From contig CM097886.1 in assembly GCA_044892525.1 (NCBI GenBank), positions 3,286,001 to 3,350,000 of the forward strand: 64,000 nucleotides of DNA. The letters run 5' to 3'. The translations under genes were made by a program, and so were the position numbers. Below are positions 1-12,032 of this stretch, in pieces. How positions within the stretch are numbered: position 1 is the stretch's first letter; each line of letters begins with the position of its first letter. The notes under the pieces were generated by a model, which had not been told where the DNA came from, ran no database searches, and worked only from the letters and a program-made list of their open reading frames with translations. The DNA is from Schmidtea polychroa (Eukaryota).

Positions 1-654
1 CTGCTACACTGGAAATCACATCACTTGCAAATTCGCTATATTTTTTTTTATTAGTTGCTCTAGGATTATATCATACATACAAGGAAGGCTTTGGTTCCGT
101 AAGCTCACAACTACTTGCTAATTTGATATTTTTTTTCGTAAAAATTATTTTATTTTCAATTTTTCAACAAATCCAAATAGAATTGCCGTTAAGTGCATTT
201 TTAATTCTGTGGAAAACTGATTCTCTGTTTAATCAATGATTTTCAAATTTTACTTCCTGCTTTTAATTTGTCTGAAAAGTTCTGCAAGAGAAGCTCTTTA
301 TTAGAATGTCTCATTGACTTGACTACTTTGCCGACTTGCAGGAAATTCAGTAAGAACTTACATCAGTGGTTTTAGTGGAAATAAGTATGGCAATTTTGCA
401 ATTATAAAGCGAGTATTTAATTTCATTCTACATTAATGACGAATTGATATCTACCGAAACTCTCGTCATGTTCCAACATATATGCAACAATAATTTTCCT
501 GCTATCCGATTTCATGATGAATAATCAAATTCAATTTCTTATCCTTTTATTTCTAAAGATAGACTCAGCCCTGACAATGGTAAATAAATTATTTTTCAAC
601 ATTCCTGGAGATTTTGCAATTTCTTATAAAAACAATAACAAACTAGAAGACAAT

Positions 655-1237
655 CTCACAGTGACCGTCAGCTCTGAAAAATATTGCGTGTTGTTGGAGA
701 CTTTTCTGATACCGAAATTGGATGAACGTGACGTCAGGAATAATGTTTGGATCTAACAAGATGGTGCAACAGCACACACATCTAGACATTCAATGGAAAT
801 TTTGAGGGAAACGTTTCCAGGTTATTTAATTTTATTCTGAGGTGACCTCAGTTGGCCTGCCCGATCACCTCACTTGAATCCATGTGATTTTTTCCTCTGG
901 GGATACCTATTGAACAATTGAAAGATGCAATTCGTCGGGAAATTGAGGATGTTCCACATGAAATGATCCACCGAGTTATAATCTACTTTCACGAACCTCT
1001 TCAAGAGTGTGTGGACAATAACAGCGAACATTTGACTGATGTTATTTGTTAGCTAAAATAAAATAAATTAATATTATATATTTTATATATTATATATTTG
1101 GGAAATAGAAATACTTTTTATTATTATTCAAACAACATAAAATAAGTACAGTTGATAAATAATAATTTTTTATTTATTTATTTTAATTTGGTTTTATTTA
1201 AATTTCAAATGTATCAGATCTTTTTGCCCCACTCTGT
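655..1237 (+). mobile_element. Decayed Tc1/mariner transposase C-terminus, DD41D (rosa/VS-type), with probable 3' TIR
   Basis: The frame of ORF 514-756 reads through stops as ...VWI*QDGATAHTSRHSMEILRETFPGYLILF*GDLSWPARSPHLNPCDFFLWGYL. After a frameshift it continues IEQLKDAIRREIEDVPHEMIHRV...QECVDNNSEHLTDVIC. D at 760-762 and D at 886-888 are separated by 41 residues. TIR-like tcagatctttttgccccactctgt ends near 1237. Confidence 0.85.
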
Positions 1238-1280
1238 CTAATGAAATATAGTGAATGAGATATAGTGAGATATATAATGA

Positions 1281-1722
1281 GATATAGTGAAGCACCTAGA
1301 GCTCCTGGCATAGGCGATATAGTGAAGCACCTAGGGCTCCTGGCATAGGCGATATAGTGAAGCACCTAGGGCTCCTGGCATAGGCGATATAGTCAAGCAC
1401 CTAGGGCTCCTGGCATAGGCGATATAGTCAAGCACCTAGAGCTCCTGGTATAGGCGATATAGTCAAGCACCTAGAGCTCCTGGCATAGGCGATATAGTCA
1501 AGCACCTAGGGCTCCTGGCATAGGCGATATAGTCAAGCACCTAGAGCTCCTGGCATAGGCGATATAGTCAAGCACCTAGGGCTCCTGGCATAGGCGATAT
1601 AGTGAAGCACCTAGGGCTCCTGGCATAGGCGATATAGTCAAGCACCTAGGGCTCCTGGCATAGGCGATATAGTCAAGCACCTAGAGCTCCTGGTATAGGC
1701 GATATAGTCAAGCACCTAGAGC
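1281..1722. repeat. 35-bp minisatellite, 12 full units plus a partial 13th
   Basis: Unit GATATAGT(C/G)AAGCACCTAG(A/G)GCTCCTGG(C/T)ATAGGC repeated head to tail from 1281 with no spacers. It is much more GC-rich than the background. Confidence 0.97.
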
Positions 1723-3128
1723 GCCAAAGTTTAGAAACCAAAATAACATTTTTGTAAAGCAGGAATCTTATAATGATACAAAGACTATTAATAATTAATC
1801 AATTAATTAATATTCAATTTTAACTATTTATTCGTTGATTAGATTTGAGAATTTTTATAATGACTATTTATTGTCAGTTTATCTATTTTTACCGTTAAAA
1901 GTTGCCGAGGTTTTTAGCTAATTTTTCATTTATGGACAATGTCCAAATTTACCAATCGCTCAATGTCGAAAAGTAACATTTTCCCTTGAAACAATTTCCA
2001 AAATTACAATTCTCTCCCGCCCAGTAAGCTATTTGATAACAAAACATGCAAAACTTTAAAAGGAAGCTGATTCAATATTATTTCAATATTACAGAAACAC
2101 TTCCTGAAAATTTCCATAATTTACTTTAAAGTCTCCTGCGTAGATAAAACAGGTTAAATTGAGGTATATGTAAAATTGGGATTTATTATGTACATTAATT
2201 ATACAAAAATAACATCACTTCTGATTTCCAATTTTTGTGCTATTTTTCATCAAATTGTAAATACAATTATTATTATATAAAAATAATGTTTCCAGGAAAC
2301 ATAACAGACATTGTTTGTTCGTGTCGCAGGACCTCACAATCCACTAAATGTAAAAAAATTAAAATAGTTTCCGGTTTTCACTGTTTAGAAAATTTAAATA
2401 ATAATAATAATAATAATAATAATTGTTATTATTATTATAATTTAAAATAATACAAAATAAATAATTCTCAATAGTAACATTTTCGTAATGATAAAATAAA
2501 ATAATTCAAGATTAATAAGATAAATAATATTAAAGTATATCGATAAAACATTTTATTTTTTATTTCTACATTTACGCCAAAATTTATTTGTTCTTGTTTC
2601 AAAAATTAATAAATGATATTAATATTGATATGAATTATTAATATAGATACTAATATTGATATGAATAATTTAATTGAATATACTGATTCATAAAATAAAC
2701 ATTATTTTTGTTATTATTAATAAATAAAACGAAATGTATGTATTTATTATTAATCTTATTATTTATAGTCTTCAAGCTCTTTTTAATAAATACAATGGGA
2801 AAAAATCAGTGGTGAAATNNNNNNNNNNNNNNNNNNNNNNNNNNNNNNNNNNNNNNNNNNNNNNNNNNNNNNNNNNNNNNNNNNNNNNNNNNNNNNNNNN
2901 NNNNNNNNNNNNNNNNNNNNNNNNNNNNNNNNNNNNNNNNNNNNNNNNNNNNNNNNNNNNNNNNNNNNNNNNNNNNNNNNNNNNNNNNNNNNNNNNNNNN
3001 NNNNNNNNNNNNNNNNNNNNNNNNNNNNNNNNNNNNNNNNNNNNNNNNNNNNNNTAGTAATTTTAGTAATGCTAATGTTATTAATAGTTTAACTAAAAAG
3101 CACTTAAAAATTGTATCTAAAATTCTAG

Positions 3129-3621
3129 AAAGTAAAATTACGAAAGAGAGTGGACCAAACATTTCATAATCGAAAATGTCCGAAATGTTTTAAGAGATTT
3201 TTCTTTAAAGTTACTCAAATTATCCATTCGCAAAATCACAAGAGAAAACAGAGACGCAAATGGAATTGTGAGAAATGTGGATTCAGATATTCCAGAAAAC
3301 GAGTTCTCCTTCGACATTACGAAAGAATGTGTGGAATAGGACATTCGTCAAATCCCAGTACGAATTCGAAACAGAAATTGCTCTCTGGTAATTATTTTGA
3401 AATTTACAATAGGAATGAATTTTTTTCATTCAGAATCCCTACGATGTAATTTCTGTCAAATGATATTCACAGATCAAATTTACTTTACAATGCATCAGTT
3501 GAGAATTTGTCACCATTTTATCACTGAAAATACCAAAAACTACAAGGCTACTGACAATGACAAAACAAATACTGAATCCGCTGATGAACCCCAAAAGAAA
3601 TTGCACCTTGTAAGAGATTAG
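3129..3621 (+). CDS. C2H2/C2HC zinc-finger protein, 5' exons (gene start lies in or before the N gap)
   Basis: ORF 3150-3449 holds CPKC..HSQNH and CEKC..HYERMC fingers. ORF 3397-3621 holds CNFC..HQLRIC. A phase-1 GT-AG intron ending at 3412 joins them in frame (donor at 3388, 25 nt, or at 3358, 55 nt). A strong GTAAGA donor lies at 3610. Confidence 0.75.
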
Positions 3622-5189
3622 AAATTATTAAACATCATAATATATAACTATTTCTCGTATTTAAGCTTTTCCATAATCACTCGAATATTTGTTAAACAAT
3701 TGGTATTTTATTCCCAATTGTTGCAAGATTTCTAATAGAAATAAAAATCAGAGATATTTTCTATAATTATCATCTTTTATCCTTTTTACCATTGGTTCAT
3801 TTTCATTATCACTGTCTTGTATTTTCTTTTCACACTATAGATAATTATTTTTATTTAGTTCTTTTATTGTGTTACATAAATAAAAAAAGGAAGATAAAAG
3901 AGGCTAAAAATTTCTAAAACAAATTGCTTTACAGAAATTAGATGCGATTTTAAATTGTACACTACGAATGGTGTTGATCTTACATGCTTATGTTTTACTT
4001 ACATATATTAAGATTCAAAAAGGTTGTTAGATCTATCATAGATCTATACATAGCATAATAGACAAACTAATTACATATATCAACAACAGGTTTTTCAGAA
4101 TTATTATTTATTTGCGTTTTTTAGTAAATGTATCAATTGTCTCCCTTTAACATCCCACAAAGAGGTTTGAACGTCTGAGTTTTAAATATATTTCTAAATT
4201 TTTTAGAAACTGTTGTAAAAAGCTGTTTGTAAAGTTTTTGTTCTAAAAATCAATGTACAAAATGCTCTAACCACAAGAAATTTTAATTAATTTAATTAAT
4301 TAGCCAGTGATTTAAATTTTCAACAATTATTGACATAATTCTTTGCGTGCTTTAATAACAATAGTTATAAACTCTTGTCAATATCAAATTCATTGATTCA
4401 ATACAATTACAACCGATTATTCAACTTTACAAATACAACAAAATAAGCTAATTGGAAAAAGCATAATTGGTCAATACTTATTGCAACAAATCATTTGACT
4501 ATTTGAATGTTCCCTCACGATTTGAATTTATTGTATTGACAAAAATTTGTTACTCCAAAATTCTCTATAAGGGTGTCTGATTTCTGTTCTCTTGTTTATC
4601 CTGAGTTCTTTTTCCACCTTGTCAATTTTCTACATCTAAGTTTCTATTCAGTTTTACTTCTTTTTTGTGTCCCTCGTTACTTTTTTTACTTCTCGTTTTA
4701 ATTTATTTAGCTTATCAATTCGACTTGATTACATTTTACAGATAATTCCATAACACATTCAATTTTTCCATTACAATTTAGATTCTGCTATTAGATTAGA
4801 TCTGGGGCTCCCAAAGTTGTCACTGTTATCTTAAAAATCCATTCAAACAAATCTGCAATCCACACTTAAATTCCACTTTAGAAAGACTGTCAAGAAACGT
4901 TTTCTGCTTTGATTTTTGTTTCCTTATGTACTAATTAATTAATATTGACCTTGTTTTCCATTTTTACCTTATTATCTAGTTTCATTGATTTTCTTTTATT
5001 TCCTTCTCATTTCCTAACATTTCTTCCGTTTTCTCGTTTTTTGATTGATAATAACATTTCTCCCATTTTACGTTTGTTCCCTTCAGTTATTTTAATTATT
5101 TCCGACATCCTCAACAATATTGTGAAAATTTATTTATAAATGACTTTTTTCTTTTTTTTCCAATTTTAATAAAAAATTCATATTTCAAG

Positions 5190-6086
5190 GAAGACAATAT
5201 TAAAGATCTGTTCTTATTGAAAGACCTATCATCGAAATCTTGTTCCACCGAGCATTCAATTTCGGAAAATTTTGAAAGTGAATCCAATCCCCGATCTCCA
5301 GAGAATTCATCCAGTAAAAATGACAAATCCGAAAATATTACAATTAATGCCAATCAAAAGTTCCATTGGCATAATTTTGATGAAAATCAGCAAAAGATTT
5401 TCCAATGCGAAGTATGTAAAAAGAGTTTTTCTAGTCGCAGTTCTCTCAGTAATCATGTTAAATCTCACTACAGCAGCCGTGGTCAACCTTTTACCTGTCG
5501 GGATTGTAATAAACGATTTATCAATCTTTTGTCTTTGCAAGATCATCGAAGAGAAATGTGTTCACAGAAATCTCAAGATTCTGAACAGAAAATCGTTTAC
5601 AGTTTGTCTAACTTCAATGGAGTGTCCCAAGTACCTATTTGGCCAAATATTACAAATGTCAACTCCGTAAATCAGCCGGTCACTTGTTTGCATTGCAGTG
5701 GAGTGTTTTATGATAGATTAGAATTGGAAGAACATGCTTTATCGAAACATTCCAATGAGCAGGGAAATATACTCTGTTTGCTATGTGATAGATCCTTTAC
5801 AACAAATATGGCTTTGAGAGTTCATTTAACGAAGTCTCATGGATTTGCCAATGGTGGTTGCCCTGGTGTTTCCCAAAATCTACCCCCAATGCCGAAGCTG
5901 GAAACAAATTATCATATGGGTGATGATTTACCGACAAAAAAGAGACGAAAGGATAAGCGTATATATGAATTCGACAAGGATTACGCTTGTGATAATTGTC
6001 ATAGAAATTTCAGTACTGGACAAGCTCTGGGAAATCACAAAAGAGCTTGTTTAAATTTGCCAAATGAATGTGTAAGCATTTGTTAA
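5190..6086 (+). CDS. Multi-zinc-finger transcription factor, main exon (5 fingers)
   Basis: The 289-aa ORF has fingers CEVC..HVKSH, CRDC..HRREMC, CLHC..HALSKH, CLLC..HLTKSH and CDNC..HKRAC. The frame is open back to acceptor tttcaag|GAA at 5189/5190. A possible short last exon follows a GTAAGC donor at 6072. AATAAA occurs near 6172. Confidence 0.9.
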   Translation, partial: EDNIKDLFLLKDLSSKSCSTEHSISENFESESNPRSPENSSSKNDKSENITINANQKFHWHNFDENQQKIFQCEVCKKSFSSRSSLSNHVKSHYSSRGQPFTCRDCNKRFINLLSLQDHRREMCSQKSQDSEQKIVYSLSNFNGVSQVPIWPNITNVNSVNQPVTCLHCSGVFYDRLELEEHALSKHSNEQGNILCLLCDRSFTTNMALRVHLTKSHGFANGGCPGVSQNLPPMPKLETNYHMGDDLPTKKRRKDKRIYEFDKDYACDNCHRNFSTGQALGNHKRACLNLPNECVSIC

Positions 6087-6412
6087 TTATAATACTTTTT
6101 TTTGAAGTTATAACAAAATTTGTATGAACTAGTAACAAACAAAGAGGTGAGGTGGAGACTCATAAAATCATAATAAAAATAATAAATACATGACTTGTTT
6201 CAAAGATACATTATTCGAAAACAATTAAAATTGATTTACAAAATTAAGAATGTATCCCAAATATTGCGCTAGGAAATGAAGGATAGAAATCAGTTTTTCA
6301 TCATTTTTCGGAGTTAAGATCGTGGTACGATTAATTTCCCATATAATACTATGAAGACCGGGTGAGACAAAGGAACCCGTTTTTTGAACTCAGGAAATGC
6401 GCCATTTCTATT

Positions 6413-6693
6413 CAGTGTTCCTCAACCCAAAACTTATCGCAGACCGTAAAATATCTGCTTTTAACGCGGATCTGTGATAAAATTATTTTTTATTAAAACA
6501 AATTCTCTTTGTTGTAAAAAACTGCAATCTACATTGACCAATAAATATTTATTATTTATTTATCAATATTTATTTATTCTCCACAAATCACACACACACA
6601 CACAGATGTAGTTTCCTTTTCCCGGATTTATATTTTTAAGGTTTTCGTGGACCAATCAAATTATAGCTGCGGACCGGCGGTTGAGAAACCCTA
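6413..6693. mobile_element. Degenerate hAT-type MITE
   Basis: Ends CAGTGTTCCTCAACC ... GGTTGAGAAACCCTA form imperfect inverted repeats. The TSD is degenerate. Confidence 0.5.
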
Positions 6694-8973
6694 ATCTATA
6701 TAATAAAACTTCTAAAAAAGAGAAAATATTATGATTTTAAATTTCTATTTTTAAATAATTTTTTGTTTAAATAATTCCCAAAATAAAGTTGTTTAAATAC
6801 TCTGAAATTGGCAAATTTTTTGTGTTCCAGAAATTTATTAATTAAATAAATATTTCCCTGATAAATGGATGTTCTTACTCGATCTAGTAATGTTAAAACT
6901 ATCAATTTCGGAAATGACAAAATGTGAATTGCTAATTTGTTGCAAGATTCATTCAAATATATATTTCAAATGAAATTTATGCTAATTCCTACAAGTGTCA
7001 CAATGTTACTCAAATTTCAATTTGTTGATAACTTGAATATTTTGTCTACCGACATTCCCCTTTTGATCCTAATGACAATCGCCTTCCTTTTGACGTTCAA
7101 TTAAGAAGGATTATAACAAACAATAATATTAATTTGTAACTTACGCAAATGTTATACATACTGTAAATATGCCATGTCAAGTGATGAAACTGAAAAGGAA
7201 ATTTGTCAGTAAAATATATATTAAATAAATCAAATTATTATTCTGAAAACGATTTTATATTTTATAATGGGAAATTTTTTTAAGTTTGAAAGGGTAGAAT
7301 TCACGTTTAAGTTAAAACTGAATATTGCTAATAAACATTTAAATTGTATTTATCAAATTACATAAATTTTTATATAAATATTTAAATTAATAAATTAAAG
7401 TTTAAAATATAAAAATAAATTAAAATATATTAAATATTAAAATAAATTAAACCAGCATTGAAATCAGCATCAAAATTAAAATAATAAAAAAGCCTCGAAC
7501 AGATTGTTTGAATATTACAAAAAAAGCGCAGTTTTGTGAATAAAATAAATTTAGTAATTTTATTTGGTTAATTTATTAATTATGGAGATTGAACAAAGTT
7601 GAATTTCTTGTTATATTGTATATTGTCTTAAACGTTGTACTAAATAGGAAAACACCAATGATTTATTATCAAAAACTAAATTCTAAATGAAACAAACTAA
7701 TCAAAGGTGAACAAAAAAATTAACGATTTTACTGATATTTTCATTTTGTAGTCTTAATAAAACATAGATATTTTAAATAATTTCTTAACTTGGTGGAAAA
7801 ACCCTCAGTTTCAGTTTACAATTGTGCCTTAAATTATTTCTCTGGTTTAGAAGATGCAGCTCAGAATTTTAAAATGTAGAGTTTGTGATTCAGAAATCCA
7901 AATTTAGTATTCAACCTTTCTATACATCTCATCCGGACTAATACTAAATCACTTGGCATCCTTACTAGAATTTACTAGGACCTTCAGTGGCATAACCACC
8001 TTACTTATCACAGGATCTGAAATTATGGAAATCGAAGTAACCGATAGATTCATTAGAGATTTGAAATGACAATATAAATAAGTCCAAACAAAACGTGAAA
8101 TAGCAATTCGAAATTGTATTAATGACAAAATCCTCATTTAAACAACTTTTTCTTTCAATGTTACTTCTACATAGATACCTTTAATATAATTTAATTTTTA
8201 TATACTTTTAATTTAGAAAGTTTTGTGAATGGTCGATCACTAAATCAAATATAACCAATACAAGCTTGATCTGAAAGCGAAAGGCTTTGTTAAATTTACA
8301 GCAGTAGTTAAAATGATAGAGCTTGATCTAAAGGTTTAGTAACTGAACAAGGTGCGGATAACGTAATAATAACAAAACTTGGGAGTGAAAACCATATTTT
8401 GAAAGGAATCTATATTTAAACCTTTAAAGCAGTGTTTCCAGACCTTCTTTTTACCATGCCCCGTCGTTGTGTTTTCAAAAGTCATATTGCCCACCGGCTC
8501 CTTTGAAGTAGGTGTCAATTTCGATAACCAGTAACGGTCGATAAAATTTCTGTATGCACGTTGTTATGAGCATATTATATTAAAATATATATGGAATAGT
8601 TGATAATTGCTTACGTGTAAATAATAAATTTTTATATATAGTCTCATAAGAAAATAACAATATTTAAACAAAGTGATTTATGTTTTACTTACAATTTGTC
8701 AATAATATTTTCGTTCTCAAAATAATGATTTGATTTATTTAATACTATATATTTTATTGTAAAATTTTAAATATTAAGTTTCTTTACTTGGTTCATAACT
8801 TAACAATTTGTAAGATTCTATTAAAGATTCTATTATTATGTATGACATCAGTTAAAAAGAATCAAGATGAAAGGTCAGTGAAAATATTTTGGTCATTATA
8901 ATTTGTCTTTGAAAATTTGAGATAAAATGAATTCGAATGAATTCGTTTTTTGTTGTTGAGAATACCAGAAAAT

Positions 8974-9218
8974 TATTCTAGGACTTTTCGTCCCCGGACG
9001 ATTCATCCACGTACTGTTCATCCAGTGGACTGTTCATCCAGTGGACTGTTCATCTAGTGGACTGTTCATCCAGTGGACTGTTCATCTAGTGGACTGTTCA
9101 TCTAGTGGACTGTTCATCTAGTGGGCAAACTGAGAGGAATTTTGGTAAATTTCTAGTTTCAATTAATTTGGATGAACCGTCCTCTGATGAATCGTCCAGG
9201 ATGAACAGTCCACATACG
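8974..9218. mobile_element. Mutator/foldback-like MITE with 9-bp TSD and internal 16-bp tandem array
   Basis: Direct repeat CCAGAAAAT at 8965-8973 and 9219-9227. GGAC..TTCATCC motifs on the left are inverted as GGATGAA..GTCC on the right. Seven copies of CTGTTCATC(C/T)AGTGGA lie at 9014-9124. Confidence 0.75.
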
Positions 9219-10002
9219 CCAGAAAATAGCTCTTCTGTTAGAATCTAAGAAAAATTAATAAATTACAATTAATAAAATTAATTTAAAAGTTATATAATGG
9301 TCAACGCATTGTTGCAGATATCAAGCCAAACTCCCAAATCCAACTCGAAACTTCATTCAATAGAGTCGCTGATTTTCGACAATTCGAATATCCGTTCAAC
9401 CTTTACCAACGACAAAAATGTATTTTTGGCCTTTAATTGACTTGTAAATTAATTTCAAATAGTTGTGTTGTTTTTTTATATACTTTGGTTTCTATGTTCA
9501 ATGTTGTCCATTTGTCTCTTTCCTATTTATAGTTGGTTCATGTTTCGACCAATAAACCTTTATTTGTTATTCAACTGACTTTCTAATGACGATTTCCATT
9601 TGAAAATGGACTGGGAAAAAATTCAATTTTTATCTGATATTTAATAAAATTATTCCAAAGAAATTCGATTCTAAAAATTGTTTGCTAATGAAAAATCAAC
9701 GAAAAATTTAACAGAAATTAATTGATTTATGAGTTTCCTGGAATAATATTCTCATGTGGCAGTTTATTTTCTGTCATTTTCAAATAATTCACAAATATAA
9801 TAATAGAGGTAAACATCATCTTTGGAAGTCTAGGTCAATTAATAAACAAAATTTGTTTACTGGTTAACCTTGAAATTCAAAACTGATATTTTTTACCATT
9901 ATTTACCATCGTTATTTCTACATGTCAAAAAAATTAACTCACATAAATACACTTTTACTTTATATTTCATTTGTGTTTTACTTATTACACATACAATTTA
10001 GG

Positions 10003-10233
10003 CAGGGCCGTCGATAGCCAGGCCGGGCCCCGGATGCAATTAGTAATTACAAACTGATATATTTTTTAAAAAACATTTGTTTTAATTATCCTAGTTATTA
10101 CTTATGAAATTCCATGATACATAAACTTAAATTATCACAAACTTAGATTTTTAAAATTATAAAAATGCCAAATATTATTATAATGAGGGCCCGGATGATT
10201 TGCATTGCCTGCATCTCCTTCTTATCAGTGATG
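10003..10233. mobile_element. hAT-type MITE with 8-bp TSD
   Basis: Starts CAGGGCCGTCGATAGC and has GGGCCC subterminal motifs at both ends. AATTTAGG is duplicated at 9995-10002 and 10234-10241. Confidence 0.7.
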
Positions 10234-10509
10234 AATTTAGGTACCCCAGCTTTAGCAATATTCTGCATTATCCGGTGATAATTTACAAATTTATTTGTTT
10301 AATATAATAAAAACACAAAAATATGTAATCAAAAAATGACAATAATGTTTATACAGTCCAACTTTCTTACCTTCTCGCATTTGGACACTCCCTATATCGG
10401 GGGAATTCAATAGAATATGGACCATTTTTAATTCCAATAACATAATTCCTATAACTTACGTTTCTTTTTAATGGGCACCATCCATAATCGAACCCAATTT
10501 TAAAATTTA

Positions 10510-11649
10510 GCTGCACGTTCGATGAATACTCAAATGTCAGAGGAAGACGATATATAGGAATTAATCTGCATTGTCGTAACGAAAAAAAGATCTACAATAC
10601 CGGATTAGTTAGGATCTTCGGCGCATGTCCAGCAGAAACATTAATTGAAAAGATTGATGAACATTTAAGTTCATTCGGATTGTGTTTGTATTGTGATATT
10701 TTCGGTTCGACACTGGATGGCGCATCCGTTAACAAAGAAACTTTACGTTCAACAAGAATAATCGAACAATAATGTCTTAATCACGTTATTCATTTAGGCG
10801 TATGTAATGCTCTTTACAAAAAGAGCAAAGGAAGCAGAACAAATTGAGGAGGAAAATGAGCAAGATTCTGAGAATGATGATGGTGATAATTTCGAGACTG
10901 ATGGAGGTATTTTGGAGATTTTGAATTCTGGTCCTAATGACGATGGTGTAGACTTCAATGAAGTCTTACAATGAAATCCTTCAAAATGCTCGAAAAGTAG
11001 TCAAGTATATTAAACTTTTTTCTTTTCGCAGTCAAAAACAAAAGCTGAATTTGGAAAAGAAGTTGAATTATATCTCGATGTAAGGCAAAGATGGAATTCA
11101 TTATTTCGGATGACTGTTGAAGACTAAAAAATTTATGATGAACAAATAAAAATGTTTAAAGTGTACGAGTTTCTGAACGTTTAGACGAGGATATTTTGGG
11201 TTTAAATAGATGCCTAAATGACTAAAGCCTTATTCCTGGCAAAGACTTATTATCATTTGCATCAAAACTTGCAAAAATATAAATAATATATAAAAAATAA
11301 TTCAGAAAATATCCAAAAGGCTGATGATCTCGAGGAAAATTTGACACAAAATTTGTCTCTTTGAGAAGAACTGGAATTTCTATTGAAGCAAATGAGTGAA
11401 CCTGGCTCAATTAAATCAAATGAATCAAAATGGTTGAAGCAAGAATTTTCATTGTTCAGAGATATGGGAAAACGTACTGAAAATTTAGAGAAATTATTTA
11501 ATGCATTGTTGACAATTAAACCAACGTTCAATGATGTGGAGCGTGTTTTTTCAAACACAACTAATTTTTATACTGGTCTTCATTCTCGTCTCTCAGATAA
11601 GTTATTGAATGTCTTGATTTTTTTGAAAGCGTTTTATGGAAATATGTAG
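10510..11649 (+). pseudogene. Decayed hAT (Ac/ZBED-like) transposase
   Basis: Fragments across frameshifts and stops: DEYSNVRGRRYIGINLH, TLDGASVNK, CLNHVIHLGV (CxxH), DVRQRWNS. C-terminal dimerisation-domain motif LLTIKPTFNDVERVFS...RLSDKLLNVLIFLK is in ORF 11383-11649. A terminal-looking aaaaaccgg..ctcaaacttta lies near 12100-12142. Confidence 0.85.
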
Positions 11650-11796
11650 ATTATCTTAAGTTTTCAAGTTTTCATTTTGTACCGTTATATACGGAATAGG
11701 ACTGGAGCAAATGCAAATAAATTGGAATCATTAGAAGTTTATTTTATGTTCTTTTCATTGAATAAATATACTTATAATATCTTAATGTCTCTAGAC

Positions 11797-12032
11797 CAGT
11801 GGTTCTCAAAGTGTGGGTCGCGACCCACGATGGGGTCGTAGAAATTTCAAGAAAACGGAAGATTGTAACTAAAAAAACATTAGGTTGGCTTCAAAATAAA
11901 ATATTTTTTGAATATAACAAATATTTTATTTTATATTACTATTTTCATCTTTTTTATATCTATACTTAGGGTCGGCAGAATATTTGCTAGGGTTAATGGG
12001 GTCGCTAAGTAAAAAAAGTTTGAGAAGCTCTG
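11797..12032. mobile_element. hAT (Charlie/Buster-type) MITE nested in the 3' region of the decayed hAT
   Basis: TIRs CAGTGGTTCTCAAA / TTTGAGAAGCTCTG. Perfect 8-bp TSD CTCTAGAC at 11789-11796 and 12033-12040. Confidence 0.9.

Noticed and set aside
60-510. Minus-strand exon-like segments with short GT-AG spacers
   Set aside because: No consistent open reading chain or recognisable product.
1281-1722. 35-bp repeat as a CRISPR array
   Set aside because: Units are contiguous with no unique spacers, there are no cas genes, and the context is eukaryotic.
2734-3162. ORFs composed largely of X (also at 20258, 30850, 44587, 59465 and 63547)
   Set aside because: Artefacts of reading through N gaps.
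3388-3412. Ultra-short 25-nt intron as evidence of a tiny-intron genome
   Set aside because: An alternative donor at 3358 gives a 55-nt intron in the same phase. The only firmly established short introns (TMED2) are 44 and 47 nt.
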